This document shows, piece by piece, positions 1-9,833 of a stretch of 32,000 nt of DNA (the first letter of the stretch is position 1; each line of letters starts with the position of its first letter). The stretch is taken from positions 750,001 through 782,000 of the forward strand of contig NZ_AP013028.1 in NCBI RefSeq assembly GCF_000829315.1, written 5' to 3'. Under the pieces are notes generated by a model that searched no databases, had not been told where the DNA came from, and saw only the letters and a list, made by a program, of their open reading frames with translations. The translations under genes were made by a program, and so were the position numbers. Origin of the DNA: Wolbachia endosymbiont of Cimex lectularius. GTDB taxonomy: Bacteria > Pseudomonadota > Alphaproteobacteria > Rickettsiales > Anaplasmataceae.

Positions 1-1473
1 TTCTTAAAGAAAGCACAAGAATACCTTAATAGTTATAGAAATAGCCTGTGTAAAAATGAACAAATAGAGAAGGATTTTGGTAAATTGCAGGAATGGTATG
101 TCAAAAAATATGAGAAAGATTGGTACAATAAATTGATTGAATTAAACAGTCGATGCAATAGTGATAAAAAGCTGAAGGCTATAAAAGGTGAAGTTGATAA
201 TCTTGTAAAGAGGAGTAGTGAACAACTTAACATATTAAGAAATGTAGTCGAAAGAAAGTATGAACATAGTGCAAATGTATTAAATCAGATGCTTTCACTA
301 ACTCCAACTATTTTAAAAAAGGATAGTAGTGTTAAAACTAAGGGATCTGATTTACGGAAAAAAGCCCCTTCCAACATTTCTGAAAAAGGTCAGCACATAG
401 ACGAGGCCATTGATAGGTGCTTTGTGTCTCCGATATTAGAATATATCTATGTCACAAAAGTGTATAAAGAGCTGTTAGGAGGGGGTGATCTAACCATCAG
501 AAATTCAGTCAAGGAATTTAGAGACTGTGTAAAAGCAAAGAGAACAGAAGAGTTTAACATCCAGAGTAAGATGAACAATTATTCGCTTAAGGAATTACAA
601 ACAAAAATTGAAGCATTGAGAAATTTCTTATTTTATCAAGAAAATTTAAGCCTACAGGAAAAAGAAATAGAGAAGTATATTAACAATAATCAGTCAAGAG
701 CAAAAGTAATATTAGTGCAGATGCTGGAAAGATGTGGGAAGCTTTTGGGAGAGGAATTCAAGGAGGAAAAGACATGGTTTAAAAGAGTAGGAGAGAAAAT
801 AGAAAAGGAACGAAAAGCAACAGAGCAAGCAAATGCAAGGGCAGAACAGGAAGCTCAAAGGGCAGGACATATTAATAAGGTGAGTAAGATTTTTTTAAGA
901 AAAATATATAGTCTTGGTGATGAGTTGCAAGATATAGTGGTGGAAAGTCAAGATGAAATTGTAGATGCGATCGTACAACGCATTATGGAATGTAGCTTTT
1001 CTCCACAACAAATACTGGATGCAATAATTGAAGAAATAAAATCTAATGAAGACCAAGTTAGAAGGGAGGGTAAAGTTAATGCTGAACTAATTGAAAATGT
1101 AATGAGAGGTTTTATAGTTGCAGTAGATGAAGAGCAAATTGAACCGAATACGGACATAGAAGGTGCTTGTAAATCTGAACATGAGGAAGAATTAGAATCA
1201 CAAAAAAGCTTAGATGACGATCAAAATAGTACAGAAAGGAACAAGTTGCTTATTATAACTGCTTCCGCTTCCGTTGGCTTATTGTTGGGCCTGAGCATAG
1301 CATATCTTGCAGGAGCTGCTACTTTGACTCCTATTGGTGCTGTTACGGTATTTGTTACAGCTGCAGTAGTTGGTACATCGGTAGGGTATGGTATCGGAAA
1401 GTTTTATGAGAAGGTTAGTAGCAAACTCTCTGATGTATCTACTGGACATTCTAAACTAGAGCTACTGGTGTAA
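1..1473 (+). CDS. Coiled-coil protein with C-terminal hydrophobic segment, 5' end outside the window
   Basis: The frame is open from base 1 (FLKKAQEYLNSYRNSLCKNEQIEKDFGKLQEW...), so the listed start at 85 is internal. Lys/Glu-rich heptad-like sequence is followed by LLIITASASVGLLLGLSIAYLAGAATLTPIGAVTVFVTAAVVGTSVGYGIG near the C terminus. Confidence 0.8.
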   Translation, partial: FLKKAQEYLNSYRNSLCKNEQIEKDFGKLQEWYVKKYEKDWYNKLIELNSRCNSDKKLKAIKGEVDNLVKRSSEQLNILRNVVERKYEHSANVLNQMLSLTPTILKKDSSVKTKGSDLRKKAPSNISEKGQHIDEAIDRCFVSPILEYIYVTKVYKELLGGGDLTIRNSVKEFRDCVKAKRTEEFNIQSKMNNYSLKELQTKIEALRNFLFYQENLSLQEKEIEKYINNNQSRAKVILVQMLERCGKLLGEEFKEEKTWFKRVGEKIEKERKATEQANARAEQEAQRAGHINKVSKIFLRKIYSLGDELQDIVVESQDEIVDAIVQRIMECSFSPQQILDAIIEEIKSNEDQVRREGKVNAELIENVMRGFIVAVDEEQIEPNTDIEGACKSEHEEELESQKSLDDDQNSTERNKLLIITASASVGLLLGLSIAYLAGAATLTPIGAVTVFVTAAVVGTSVGYGIGKFYEKVSSKLSDVSTGHSKLELLV

Positions 1474-1814
1474 TTCAAATTGCTAAGTGTATGCTATAGC
1501 TAAAAGGGTTCTTCAAGACGACGTAGAGATATGGTATTGAGTGATATAAAAAGCAGAAAAATGTTAAAGCCATGCTATTGTTCTGTTTTTTAGCGTTCGG
1601 GGAAATCTTACTTTGGTTGGCTATACCAGACAGGTGAGTATAAAAGTTATGTTAAAATGCACCATTTTCATGGGAAACTGGGTCCCAGTGTCACGCACTT
1701 GGATGACAGGAGGAGGGGCTACTTGGATGACATCGTTTACTATGTTCATATTACAATATTTTCAGTGTGCTCATCTGTGTTTCTCCTAAACCATAATGCA
1801 AGAGATCTACTAGG

Positions 1815-2414
1815 TTAAGCCTTTTTGCCAATTATCACAACATTTTCACTTGGGAAAAAATAATCAGGTATAGCCATATTTTTTGGTGCAGGCCCCCCAA
1901 TTACTCGACCTGATGTATCATAATATGAGCCATGGCAAGGACAAAACCAGCCGTTGCCGCCTTTTGTAGCATGATCAACCGGCACACACCCAAGATGGGT
2001 ACATATTCCAACCATAATTAACCACTCATCTTTTCCTTTGCATACTCTTTGCTCATCAGGCTGGGGATCTCGCAAATTTTTTACATCAACTGCTCTTGCC
2101 GCCTCAATCTCTTGTTTCGTACGTCTGCGAATAAATACCGGTTTACCTTGCCATTTTACTTTTTTCCCTTGCCCTTCTTGAATATCAGATAGATTAACCT
2201 CGACCGTAGACATCGCTAAAACTTCAGCGGAAGGGTTCATAGACTTAACCAGTGGCCAAAGTCCACTTGCAGCTCCTATACCTGCCATAGCACATGTAGT
2301 TAATGTTATAAAATCTCTCCTACTCTTATTTTTAGTGAGGTCTTTAACAGGAGATGCTTCTTTAGCTTTCTTGTCTGCCAACGATTTTTTATTTTTATTT
2401 AATTTTTTGTCCAT
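1815..2414 (-). CDS. petA: Ubiquinol-cytochrome c reductase iron-sulfur (Rieske) subunit
   Basis: Rieske motifs CTHLGCVP and CPCHGSYYD. N-terminal RRDF twin-arginine-like motif followed by a hydrophobic stretch. Confidence 0.95.
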   Translation of the reverse strand: MDKKLNKNKKSLADKKAKEASPVKDLTKNKSRRDFITLTTCAMAGIGAASGLWPLVKSMNPSAEVLAMSTVEVNLSDIQEGQGKKVKWQGKPVFIRRRTKQEIEAARAVDVKNLRDPQPDEQRVCKGKDEWLIMVGICTHLGCVPVDHATKGGNGWFCPCHGSYYDTSGRVIGGPAPKNMAIPDYFFPSENVVIIGKKA

Positions 2415-2498
2415 CGATCTCTACTCAGCTACAAGTATATATTTTAGCTTAAATACTATAGATTAATCAATAAAAACTTGCACTTTTAGCTATCGTTG

Positions 2499-5210
2499 CT
2501 ACAGCTCAGAGGAGACAGAGTTTCCGACTTCTTCAGAAGTGCTATCTTCAGTGGAACCAGGATCTTCAATTTTTGCTGCTGACACCACCTTTTCTTTACT
2601 CTCTGTTTTAAATAGGGTGACTCCCTGAGTGCTACGTCCTGCAATTCTAATATCATCCACTGAAATGCGAATTAACTTTCCTTTATCTGTAATGAGCATT
2701 ATATTGTCACCCTGCTCAACTGGAAAACTAGCAACGACACTACCGTTTCTGCTGGTAGTAAGAATATTGGTGATACCAACACCACCCCTATTGGTTACTC
2801 TGTACTCATACGCAGAAGTTCTTTTACCAAAGCCATTTTCGGTAATGGTTAGTATAAACTCCTCATTCACCGCAAGTTTTAAGAATAATTCACTGTCTAT
2901 TCCCAAATCGTTCAAAGTCTTTTCTAACTTAGAATCAATGGCGTTGTTAGTAGCAGCTTCCAGTCTTTTTGCAAGTGGAACTTTTAGGTAAAGTTCTTTT
3001 GTTTCTGTTGTAACACCTATACCGTTTAGTATGGTCATGGATATCACGCTGTCGCTCTTTACAAGTTTGATGCCTCTTACACCATCTGAATTGCGGCTTT
3101 TGAATTGGCGAACATCACTTACAACAAATCTGATGCTTTTCCCAAGCGTCGTTGAAAGTAAAACGTGATCAATTTCGTTGCATACTTTAACTGACACTAA
3201 TTTGTCTCCTCCATCGAGCTTGATTGCTATCTTTCCATTACTTGGAATATAGTGAAAATCTGCTAAGGAGTTACGCCTTATGTTTCCATGAGCAGTAGCA
3301 AAGACTATATTCTGATTTTCATCATTCTCACTTGGGAGCGGCATGATGTTAGTTATAGTTTCACCTTCAGTGAGAGGAAATACATTAACAAGCGCTCTTC
3401 CACGTGCTGTTGGCTCTGCAAGAGGTAATTTATAAACTTTTAACCTATAAACTCTGCCAATATTGGAAAAGAATAAAAGACTAGTGTGGGTATTTCCAAC
3501 AAACAATTTTGTGGTTACATCTTCTTCCTTTAATCCCTGTCCCAGCTTTCCTTTTCCACCACGACGCTGAGTTCTATAGTGAGAAAGCTTCACGCGCTTA
3601 ATGTAACCATTCATAGTTACGGTCACCACCATATCCTCTTGTGGAATGAGATCCTCAGCTTCAATGTCTACATCTGACTCTTCTATTGAAGTCTTCCGCG
3701 GCACGGCAAATCTATTTTTTATTTCTTGTAAATTATTTTTTATTTCTTTCATTAATCCCTCTTCTGAGCCAAGAAAAGCGATATATTCTTTTATCAGGTT
3801 GATCATTGAATTTAGCTCAGCTTCTAATTTGACTTTTTCAAGACCTGTTAAGCGTTGCAATTTCATGTCAAGAATGGCCTTCGTCTGCAGCTCAGTTAAT
3901 CTGTACACTCCGTCTTTTAAAAAGCTCTCACTGTCTGAAATCAAGCTAATAATCGTGTTTATTTCCGCTGAAGTCTTCCACTCCTTATTTAAAAGCTCTT
4001 TGCTTGCTTCTTCAGGATCTTTTGCACCACGGATGATTTTTATCACTTCATCTATGCTCAAAACTGCAATATAGAGCCCTATATATATATGAGCTTTTTC
4101 CCTCGTTTTTCTTAGACGAAATTCCGTTCTCCTGATTAGTACTTCTTTTCTAAAGTCAACAAAAGCAGCTATGATTCCTTTCAATGACATCAAAGCAGGT
4201 CTGTTGTTACTGAGAACCAAAGTGTTAACACTAAAGCTACTTCTTAGGGGAGTAAGGCCCAATATTTGATTCAGTATGAAATCTGCTGCGGTATTTTTCC
4301 TAAGATCAATCACTACCCTAATGCCGGACTTATCGGACTCATCCCGGATTTCAGTTATGCCATCAATTTTCTTCTCTTTTACGAGTTCACCTATTTTCTC
4401 AATTAATTTTACTTTATTTACCTGGTAAGGTATTTCATCAATAACTATTGCTTGCCTATCTTGCGGCAGATCTTCTATATGAGTTTTACCTTGTACAACA
4501 ATTGAACCTCGACCTGTGGCAAACGCTGATCTTATTCCAGACCTACCAAGAATCGTTCCACCAGTTGGAAAATCCGGTCCCGGCACCACTTCAAGCAATT
4601 CATCTAAAGTTACTTCAGGATTGTCTATATATAACATGCAGGCATCGATTATCTCACCAAGGTTATGAGAAGGAATGTTGGTTGCCATACCGACTGCAAC
4701 ACCACTTGCACCATTTACCAATAGATTTGGGAACTCTGCAGGTAGTACAACAGGCTCTGTTTCATTTCCATCGTAGTTTGGCCTAAAGTCAACAGTATCT
4801 TCATCGATATCATTCAATAAAAAATGCGACACTTTGTGGAGCCTTGCTTCTGTATATCGCATCGAAGCTGGTGGATCTCCATCTATTGAACCAAAATTAC
4901 CTTGTCCATCAATAAGTGGTAAAAGAAGAGAGAAATTTTGAGCCATTCTGACCAAGGAGTCATAAATAGCCATGTCACCGTGTGGGTGATATTTCCCCAT
5001 TACGTCCCCAACTATACGAGCTGCCTTTTTATATGGCTTACCAGCATCGTACCCTGCCCTTGACATTGCATATAATATGCGCCTGTGAACAGGTTTAAAC
5101 CCATCGCGCACGTCAGGTATAGCCCGGCTTATGATCACGCTCATTGCGTAAGAGAGATAAGAATCTTCCAGCTCTTTCACTATTGAAACTGGTACTATAT
5201 TGTCTTGCAT
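2499..5210 (-). CDS. gyrA: DNA gyrase subunit A
   Basis: [51 protein letters not shown], and C-terminal beta-pinwheel repeats (GYIKRV, GKLIRI, QGVTLF). 903 aa. Confidence 0.97.
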   Translation of the reverse strand: MQDNIVPVSIVKELEDSYLSYAMSVIISRAIPDVRDGFKPVHRRILYAMSRAGYDAGKPYKKAARIVGDVMGKYHPHGDMAIYDSLVRMAQNFSLLLPLIDGQGNFGSIDGDPPASMRYTEARLHKVSHFLLNDIDEDTVDFRPNYDGNETEPVVLPAEFPNLLVNGASGVAVGMATNIPSHNLGEIIDACMLYIDNPEVTLDELLEVVPGPDFPTGGTILGRSGIRSAFATGRGSIVVQGKTHIEDLPQDRQAIVIDEIPYQVNKVKLIEKIGELVKEKKIDGITEIRDESDKSGIRVVIDLRKNTAADFILNQILGLTPLRSSFSVNTLVLSNNRPALMSLKGIIAAFVDFRKEVLIRRTEFRLRKTREKAHIYIGLYIAVLSIDEVIKIIRGAKDPEEASKELLNKEWKTSAEINTIISLISDSESFLKDGVYRLTELQTKAILDMKLQRLTGLEKVKLEAELNSMINLIKEYIAFLGSEEGLMKEIKNNLQEIKNRFAVPRKTSIEESDVDIEAEDLIPQEDMVVTVTMNGYIKRVKLSHYRTQRRGGKGKLGQGLKEEDVTTKLFVGNTHTSLLFFSNIGRVYRLKVYKLPLAEPTARGRALVNVFPLTEGETITNIMPLPSENDENQNIVFATAHGNIRRNSLADFHYIPSNGKIAIKLDGGDKLVSVKVCNEIDHVLLSTTLGKSIRFVVSDVRQFKSRNSDGVRGIKLVKSDSVISMTILNGIGVTTETKELYLKVPLAKRLEAATNNAIDSKLEKTLNDLGIDSELFLKLAVNEEFILTITENGFGKRTSAYEYRVTNRGGVGITNILTTSRNGSVVASFPVEQGDNIMLITDKGKLIRISVDDIRIAGRSTQGVTLFKTESKEKVVSAAKIEDPGSTEDSTSEEVGNSVSSEL

Positions 5211-5341
5211 TTTCTATACTTTAATCGAAGTAATTGTAATCTTAACATTTAGTTAAGCAAATGGTCAATGAGAAATTAGACAGCATGTGGTTCTACTTTT
5301 TGTTTACAATAATAATATTGAGCTATAGAATTACACTAAAG

Positions 5342-5417
5342 GGGCAATTAGCTCAGCTGGTAGAGCATCTCGTTTACACCGAGGAGGTCGGCAGTTCAAG
5401 TCTGTCATTGCCCACCA
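5342..5417 (+). tRNA. tRNA-Val (TAC), 3' CCA encoded
   Basis: Acceptor GGGCAAT/ATTGCCC, D arm GCTC-AGCTGGTA-GAGC, anticodon arm TCTCG-TTTACAC-CGAGG (anticodon TAC), T arm GGCAG-TTCAAGT-CTGTC, then A-CCA. Confidence 0.95.
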
Positions 5418-5672
5418 TATCGATTCTAGTATGTCACAAAATTCGCTATAACAGCCTGTTTTACTAGCTATACACACCGTTTTTTACATCTAATTATTTA
5501 TTTAAAATCTTCTATTTTCTTTCTATAACCCTCTACCATTTTTCTAAAAAAGGTAGGTGCGGTTTTGGAAAAAGCAACAACTAGTATAAAAATATATTTT
5601 ACATATAAATTTAAGCTTTACTCATGCTGTATGTTGTATACAATATATTATCTGTCTAGGTTAGGAGGTGGT

Positions 5673-7715
5673 ATGGTTACTATTACAGAGTCAACAAAAC
5701 ATGTTGAAGAGTCTGTTAGTAAGCAAGCAAGTGAGCGTAAGCTAGGAGAGAAATTAAGTACTGGGCAAGATTGGTTAGAAACAGATGGATTGTATGAATT
5801 GGTTAGAGAGTGTTTATGTTTATTTCATAGTAGTACTTTAACAGATAGTGCTCAAGGCTCGTATGCTAATAACCTAAATAATTTAGTACATTTATGGTTT
5901 GTTGACAAGTCTGATTTAACGGAAAGTCAAAAAAAGTTAAATAGAGAACTGTTGAGTATTCTTAACAACTATCTACTTCTTCGTCACCACAATAAAGACA
6001 CAGGAAAAGTAAATCACCTTTTTGCAAACCATGAAGAACTTGAAAAATTTTTACAAAATAATAAGAACAATCAAGATCTAAAAACTGTTCTTAACTTAAA
6101 AAGAGGAGAATCCGGATTGACAGTATTGTATGTGGTGTCAAGTTTGGCTGTTAAACGTGAAGGAATAGATTTACTCATAAAAGCTGGAGCTGATCCTAAC
6201 GCAAAAAATGATAGAGGACAGACACCCTTACATTATGCTGTTACTGGTTTTAACGGTGTAGTTCCCCTCATAGAAGCAAAAGCTGATCCTAATGTACAGG
6301 ATAATAAGGGAAGAACACCTTTACATTATGCTGCTTATTTTGGTTGTAATGGAAGTATAGATTTACTCCTAAAGGGCGAGGCTAAGTGTGATATACTTGA
6401 TAAACAAGGAAAAACTCCGCGGCAAGTCGCAATTGATAATGGTCAATACCATGTTGAAAGATGCTTTTTCACTGACAACAAAAAAAGGTTGAGTGAAGAA
6501 TTATATGGTATATTTGATAAATGTTATGAAGATAATTCTGGTCTCACTGCTAAGCTCAAAGAATTTTTGAGTAAGCACAAGAGTAATCAAGATCTGAAAG
6601 CAGTTTTGGATGTAGGGTTAGCAGATAATTTAACTTTTTTTGGTTCTGAAATAAAGGGCTTGTTTTTGGAGGCAGGAGCAACTGATCTAAAAGAACAAAA
6701 TTGTGGTAAGGAAGAGCATTTGCTCAGGTCTAAAGATTTATGGAGTAATTTAACGCCAAATCAACAGATAAAGTTAGATGAGTTTTTAAGTAGAATATCT
6801 GACGCTCAAAATATGAGTCAACTAGAAAAAGTTGTAAACGAAGCTATGAGTTCTGGAATGAGGTTTAATTTTCCTATTCGTTCATATGGAGTGATATGCG
6901 AAGGTATGTACAACTTTGCAGATTGTGTAATGAAAAAAGCTAGTGAGCGAAATGAGTTAGAAAAGGATCCTAAAGTCGCTAGTAGTATAATATGTAAATT
7001 GGTATCAAGAGGAGTAACATTACATAAAGGACCTAGTATGGATGTGATCAACACATTGGAATTAAAGTTTAAAGACTATAAAGCTAATATAGTAAGAGCT
7101 TATGAAGACCATACAAAGCGTACTCTGGAATTTCTGAAAATTGTTAAAAGTGCAGCAAGTGGTCAATTGTGTGATGTAAGAATAGACAATATCACCTCTT
7201 ATTTAGAGTATTCTGAAGACAGCATAATAAATGTTGCAGAGATTACAAATGGGGCAAGGAATTTAGGACTAACCCGGGGAGAAGTGGGATATGGAAGAGA
7301 TATAATCAAGATTGGTAAAAGCGAGGTAGAAATTATAATAGAAAATGGTATAAGGAATTACACAGATCTTACAGATGATAGCGATATAGTATTAACTTTC
7401 TATACCAGTTTGGGAGAACTAGAAGTGAGGTTATACCCTGATACGCAAGACACAAATCTCATAAGGGTAGAAATAAACAGTCAAGCTCTGCTAGAGCAAT
7501 TAAAAAACTGCAATGAAAAAATAGGAAAGAATTGCTTACTGGGAAGGTTGCCAGTTAGCGAGGCTATAGAGCAAGGATCTTTTGTCAGATCTGGAAAATC
7601 AATGTGTTCTGAAGTGATAGGTCAATCTGATAGAAAGCAAATGGACTCTTGGGTAATGCGTGAAGAATTAAGAAGAATCCCAGGTACAGAAAGGGAAAAA
7701 GTTATTATGCCTTGA
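5673..7715 (+). CDS. Ankyrin repeat protein with long non-ankyrin C-terminal region
   Basis: Ankyrin repeats GQTPLHYAVTGFNGVVPLIEAKADPNVQDNKGRTPLHYAAYFGCNGSIDLLLKG. ATG at 5673 follows AGGAGG; the listed 5565 start is in frame but less likely. Confidence 0.9.
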   Translation: MVTITESTKHVEESVSKQASERKLGEKLSTGQDWLETDGLYELVRECLCLFHSSTLTDSAQGSYANNLNNLVHLWFVDKSDLTESQKKLNRELLSILNNYLLLRHHNKDTGKVNHLFANHEELEKFLQNNKNNQDLKTVLNLKRGESGLTVLYVVSSLAVKREGIDLLIKAGADPNAKNDRGQTPLHYAVTGFNGVVPLIEAKADPNVQDNKGRTPLHYAAYFGCNGSIDLLLKGEAKCDILDKQGKTPRQVAIDNGQYHVERCFFTDNKKRLSEELYGIFDKCYEDNSGLTAKLKEFLSKHKSNQDLKAVLDVGLADNLTFFGSEIKGLFLEAGATDLKEQNCGKEEHLLRSKDLWSNLTPNQQIKLDEFLSRISDAQNMSQLEKVVNEAMSSGMRFNFPIRSYGVICEGMYNFADCVMKKASERNELEKDPKVASSIICKLVSRGVTLHKGPSMDVINTLELKFKDYKANIVRAYEDHTKRTLEFLKIVKSAASGQLCDVRIDNITSYLEYSEDSIINVAEITNGARNLGLTRGEVGYGRDIIKIGKSEVEIIIENGIRNYTDLTDDSDIVLTFYTSLGELEVRLYPDTQDTNLIRVEINSQALLEQLKNCNEKIGKNCLLGRLPVSEAIEQGSFVRSGKSMCSEVIGQSDRKQMDSWVMREELRRIPGTEREKVIMP

Positions 7716-7837
7716 GATTTGCCCTAGACAGTATGTCTAATCTTTTCTATTGTCCTGTTAATAAGGCAGTAACTTAGCTTTTGTAGTTAATTAATTTTTG
7801 TGTTATAGAATAGTGTTTTTAATTTTTGCAGGGTAAT

Positions 7838-8326
7838 ATGTGGAACAGGGCGTGTAGAAAAGGAGTTATCTCAATATTGAGTTTTTTGCTTGTTATCCTG
7901 GTCTTAGTGGTTGTAGTCCAAGTTTTTACCAGGGGCCGAAGTTGTGTCAAAGCTAGTGATCATGATATTGAAGCGTTGTTTAATCGTTGGAATGATTCGT
8001 TAAAAACTGGCGATGCCTACCAGGTTAACGCAAACTACACTGATGATGCAGTGTTGCTGCCAACTTTATCCTCTAGCCCTAGAACAACTAGTGCTCAGCG
8101 CGTTGATTACTTTAAAGATTTTTTAGCTAAATATCCAACTGCAGAAATTGAGTCACGCACTATAAACATTGGATGTAATAAAGCTGTCGATACGGGCTTA
8201 TATACCTTCAGACTGAAGGACGGAAAGGAGTTACGTGCTCGTTACACATTTACTTACAGATGGGACAAGAATAAATGGCTAATATCATCGCATCACTCTT
8301 CATTGCCACCTGAAAATCACTCGTAA
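7838..8326 (+). CDS. Membrane-anchored SnoaL/NTF2-like (CaMKII-association-type) protein
   Basis: N-terminal TM GVISILSFLLVILVLVVVVQVF, then an NTF2-like pattern: DIEALFNRWNDSLKTGDAYQVNANYTDDAVLLPTLSS...YFKDFLAKYP...YTFRLKDGKELRARYTFTYRWDKNKWLISSHHSS. The listed start 7826 is TTG; ATG lies at 7838. Confidence 0.75.
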   Translation: MWNRACRKGVISILSFLLVILVLVVVVQVFTRGRSCVKASDHDIEALFNRWNDSLKTGDAYQVNANYTDDAVLLPTLSSSPRTTSAQRVDYFKDFLAKYPTAEIESRTINIGCNKAVDTGLYTFRLKDGKELRARYTFTYRWDKNKWLISSHHSSLPPENHS

Positions 8327-8480
8327 CTTTGGAGCTTTGGCATGGCTATCTATAGAACTTTCGTCATCGGGAAAGCAAATAAAATAGCATGATAAATTGG
8401 TTCAAACCTATAATCATAAGCAGAAAGCGCTAGATTTCTTGCATAACCACATCAAACCAGTTCTTGGCAGCGCTTTGGAT

Positions 8481-8930
8481 TCAACAGAAACAAAAAAACT
8501 ACCTTGACAAATTTCTCCGGTTCCCTTATCATATTATTGAAGCTATTTATTTATTTTCGCAATCTGTGCAGGTTAATGACAAAAAACTTAGGGTATTTGG
8601 CGTCTCATGTTTAAATTTTTGCACTATGTGCACCTCACGTCTTTTTAAAACTTCTGGTTTTTACCTATACAAGCTGAAACGCGCTTATAAGTCGTTTAAG
8701 ACAGTATAGAACGTCAAATAGACAAGGGAGAATTTGAATACTAGCTGCTCTAGGTTTCTTTTGCCTTTTTTTCTGCTCAGTAAATTTCTTAACGTTTACA
8801 GTTTGGGTTATTTGCATTTAAAAGTAGCTGAATCGTAGCGCTGAGAATAAAAACGCCGATATTTGAGGTACATATAAATAATTAGCCACCGACCAGGGTT
8901 TCTTTTGCCTTTTTCTCGTTTAGTAAATTT
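8481..8930 (+). repeat. Dispersed intergenic repeat, copy A (approximate limits)
   Basis: Shares with copies B, C and D the order CAAAAAAACTAC / TTGACA-17nt-TATCAT / GAAGCTATTTATTTA / AATCTGTGCA / TTTTTAAAACTTCTGGTTTTTACCTATACAAGCTGAAACGCGCTTATAAGTCGTTTAAGACA / ACTAGCT..GGTTTCTTTTGCC..GTAAATTTCTTA. The last block recurs at about 8893-8935. Confidence 0.85.
8504..8532 (+). promoter_or_regulatory. Candidate sigma70-type promoter in repeat copy A
   Basis: TTGACA 8504-8509, 17 nt spacer, TATCAT 8527-8532. The arrangement is shared with the other repeat copies. Confidence 0.5.
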
Positions 8931-9107
8931 CTTAAGCATAAAGGTTATACCAACTTTCGTTATCAAACAAGACACATAATAAATTCACTAACCTAATCGT
9001 AGGAAGACTTTTTAATTTACTATTGGAATTTGGTATAATAATGAGGTTTGGTATAAGACAATGCTTCAGTTTGCAGGTGTTTGATCGTTAATACAAGTAT
9101 ATATTGA

Positions 9108-9833
9108 ATGGAAAAAATTAGACTTTACGTTGAGAAGGCGTTATCACAAGGTGTTAGTTTAGAGCTTAGTCCAAAGCAAAGTCACTATGTTTGCAACGTC
9201 ATGCGACTTAAGAAGAATGCCAATATTTCTTTTTTTAACGGAAGGGATGGAGAGTGGTTAGGAGAAATAGTTGATACATCGCGTAAATTAGCAAAAGCCA
9301 CACTTAAAGAATGCACCAAACGACAGCAATATGAAGAAAATTTATATCTATATTGTGCTATGGTAAAAAATGTCGCTTTAGGCAACATAATAAGGCAGGC
9401 AACTGAAATGGGGGTAACCTGCATCCAATTTATTTCGACGGAGCATACAGTAGTAAAAAATGTTAATCCGGGTAGAGCAAAATTACAGGCAATTGAAGCG
9501 GCAGAACAGTGTGGTAGAACAAGTGTGCCAGAGATTTTGCCTCCTATTAATTTTCGTGATTTACCTGACTCTCAGGATAGAAGTTTTATTTTATGTGATG
9601 AAACAGGGCAGGGAAAGCCTCCTAATGAAGTTCTGAAGAACAAAAAAAATATTGCTATTATTGTTGGTCCTGAAGGTGGTTTCTCACACAATGAACTTAG
9701 CTTTGCTGATAAGTTCTGTCAGAAATTAAGTCTAGGGAAGAGAATTTTAAGGGTAGAGACTGCTGTAGTTGCTGCACTTACTTTGGCCAGTGTAAGCACT
9801 ATTCACCTGTACAGGGTTGCTGACGAAACTTAG
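9108..9833 (+). CDS. rsmE: 16S rRNA (uracil1498-N3)-methyltransferase, RsmE family
   Basis: SPKQSHYVCNVMRLKKNANISFFNGRDGEW, IIRQATEMGVTCIQFISTEHTV, AAEQCGRTSVPEI, AIIVGPEGGFSHNE, and the terminal RILRVETAVVAALT SPOUT knot. Confidence 0.93.
   Translation: MEKIRLYVEKALSQGVSLELSPKQSHYVCNVMRLKKNANISFFNGRDGEWLGEIVDTSRKLAKATLKECTKRQQYEENLYLYCAMVKNVALGNIIRQATEMGVTCIQFISTEHTVVKNVNPGRAKLQAIEAAEQCGRTSVPEILPPINFRDLPDSQDRSFILCDETGQGKPPNEVLKNKKNIAIIVGPEGGFSHNELSFADKFCQKLSLGKRILRVETAVVAALTLASVSTIHLYRVADET

Noticed and set aside
2629-4786. Plus-strand ORFs at 2629, 3646 and 4448
   Set aside because: Antisense to the well-supported gyrA; no recognisable motif.
5261-5467. 68-aa plus-strand ORF across tRNA-Val
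   Set aside because: It overlaps the complete tRNA-Val gene; its translation (QLAQLVEHLVYTEEVGSSSLSLP) is simply the translated tRNA.
8464-8709. 81-aa ORF IEAIYLFSQSVQVNDKKLRVFGVSCLNF...
   Set aside because: It lies inside dispersed repeat copy A. Copies B, C and D break this frame with non-triplet indels, so it is not a conserved protein.
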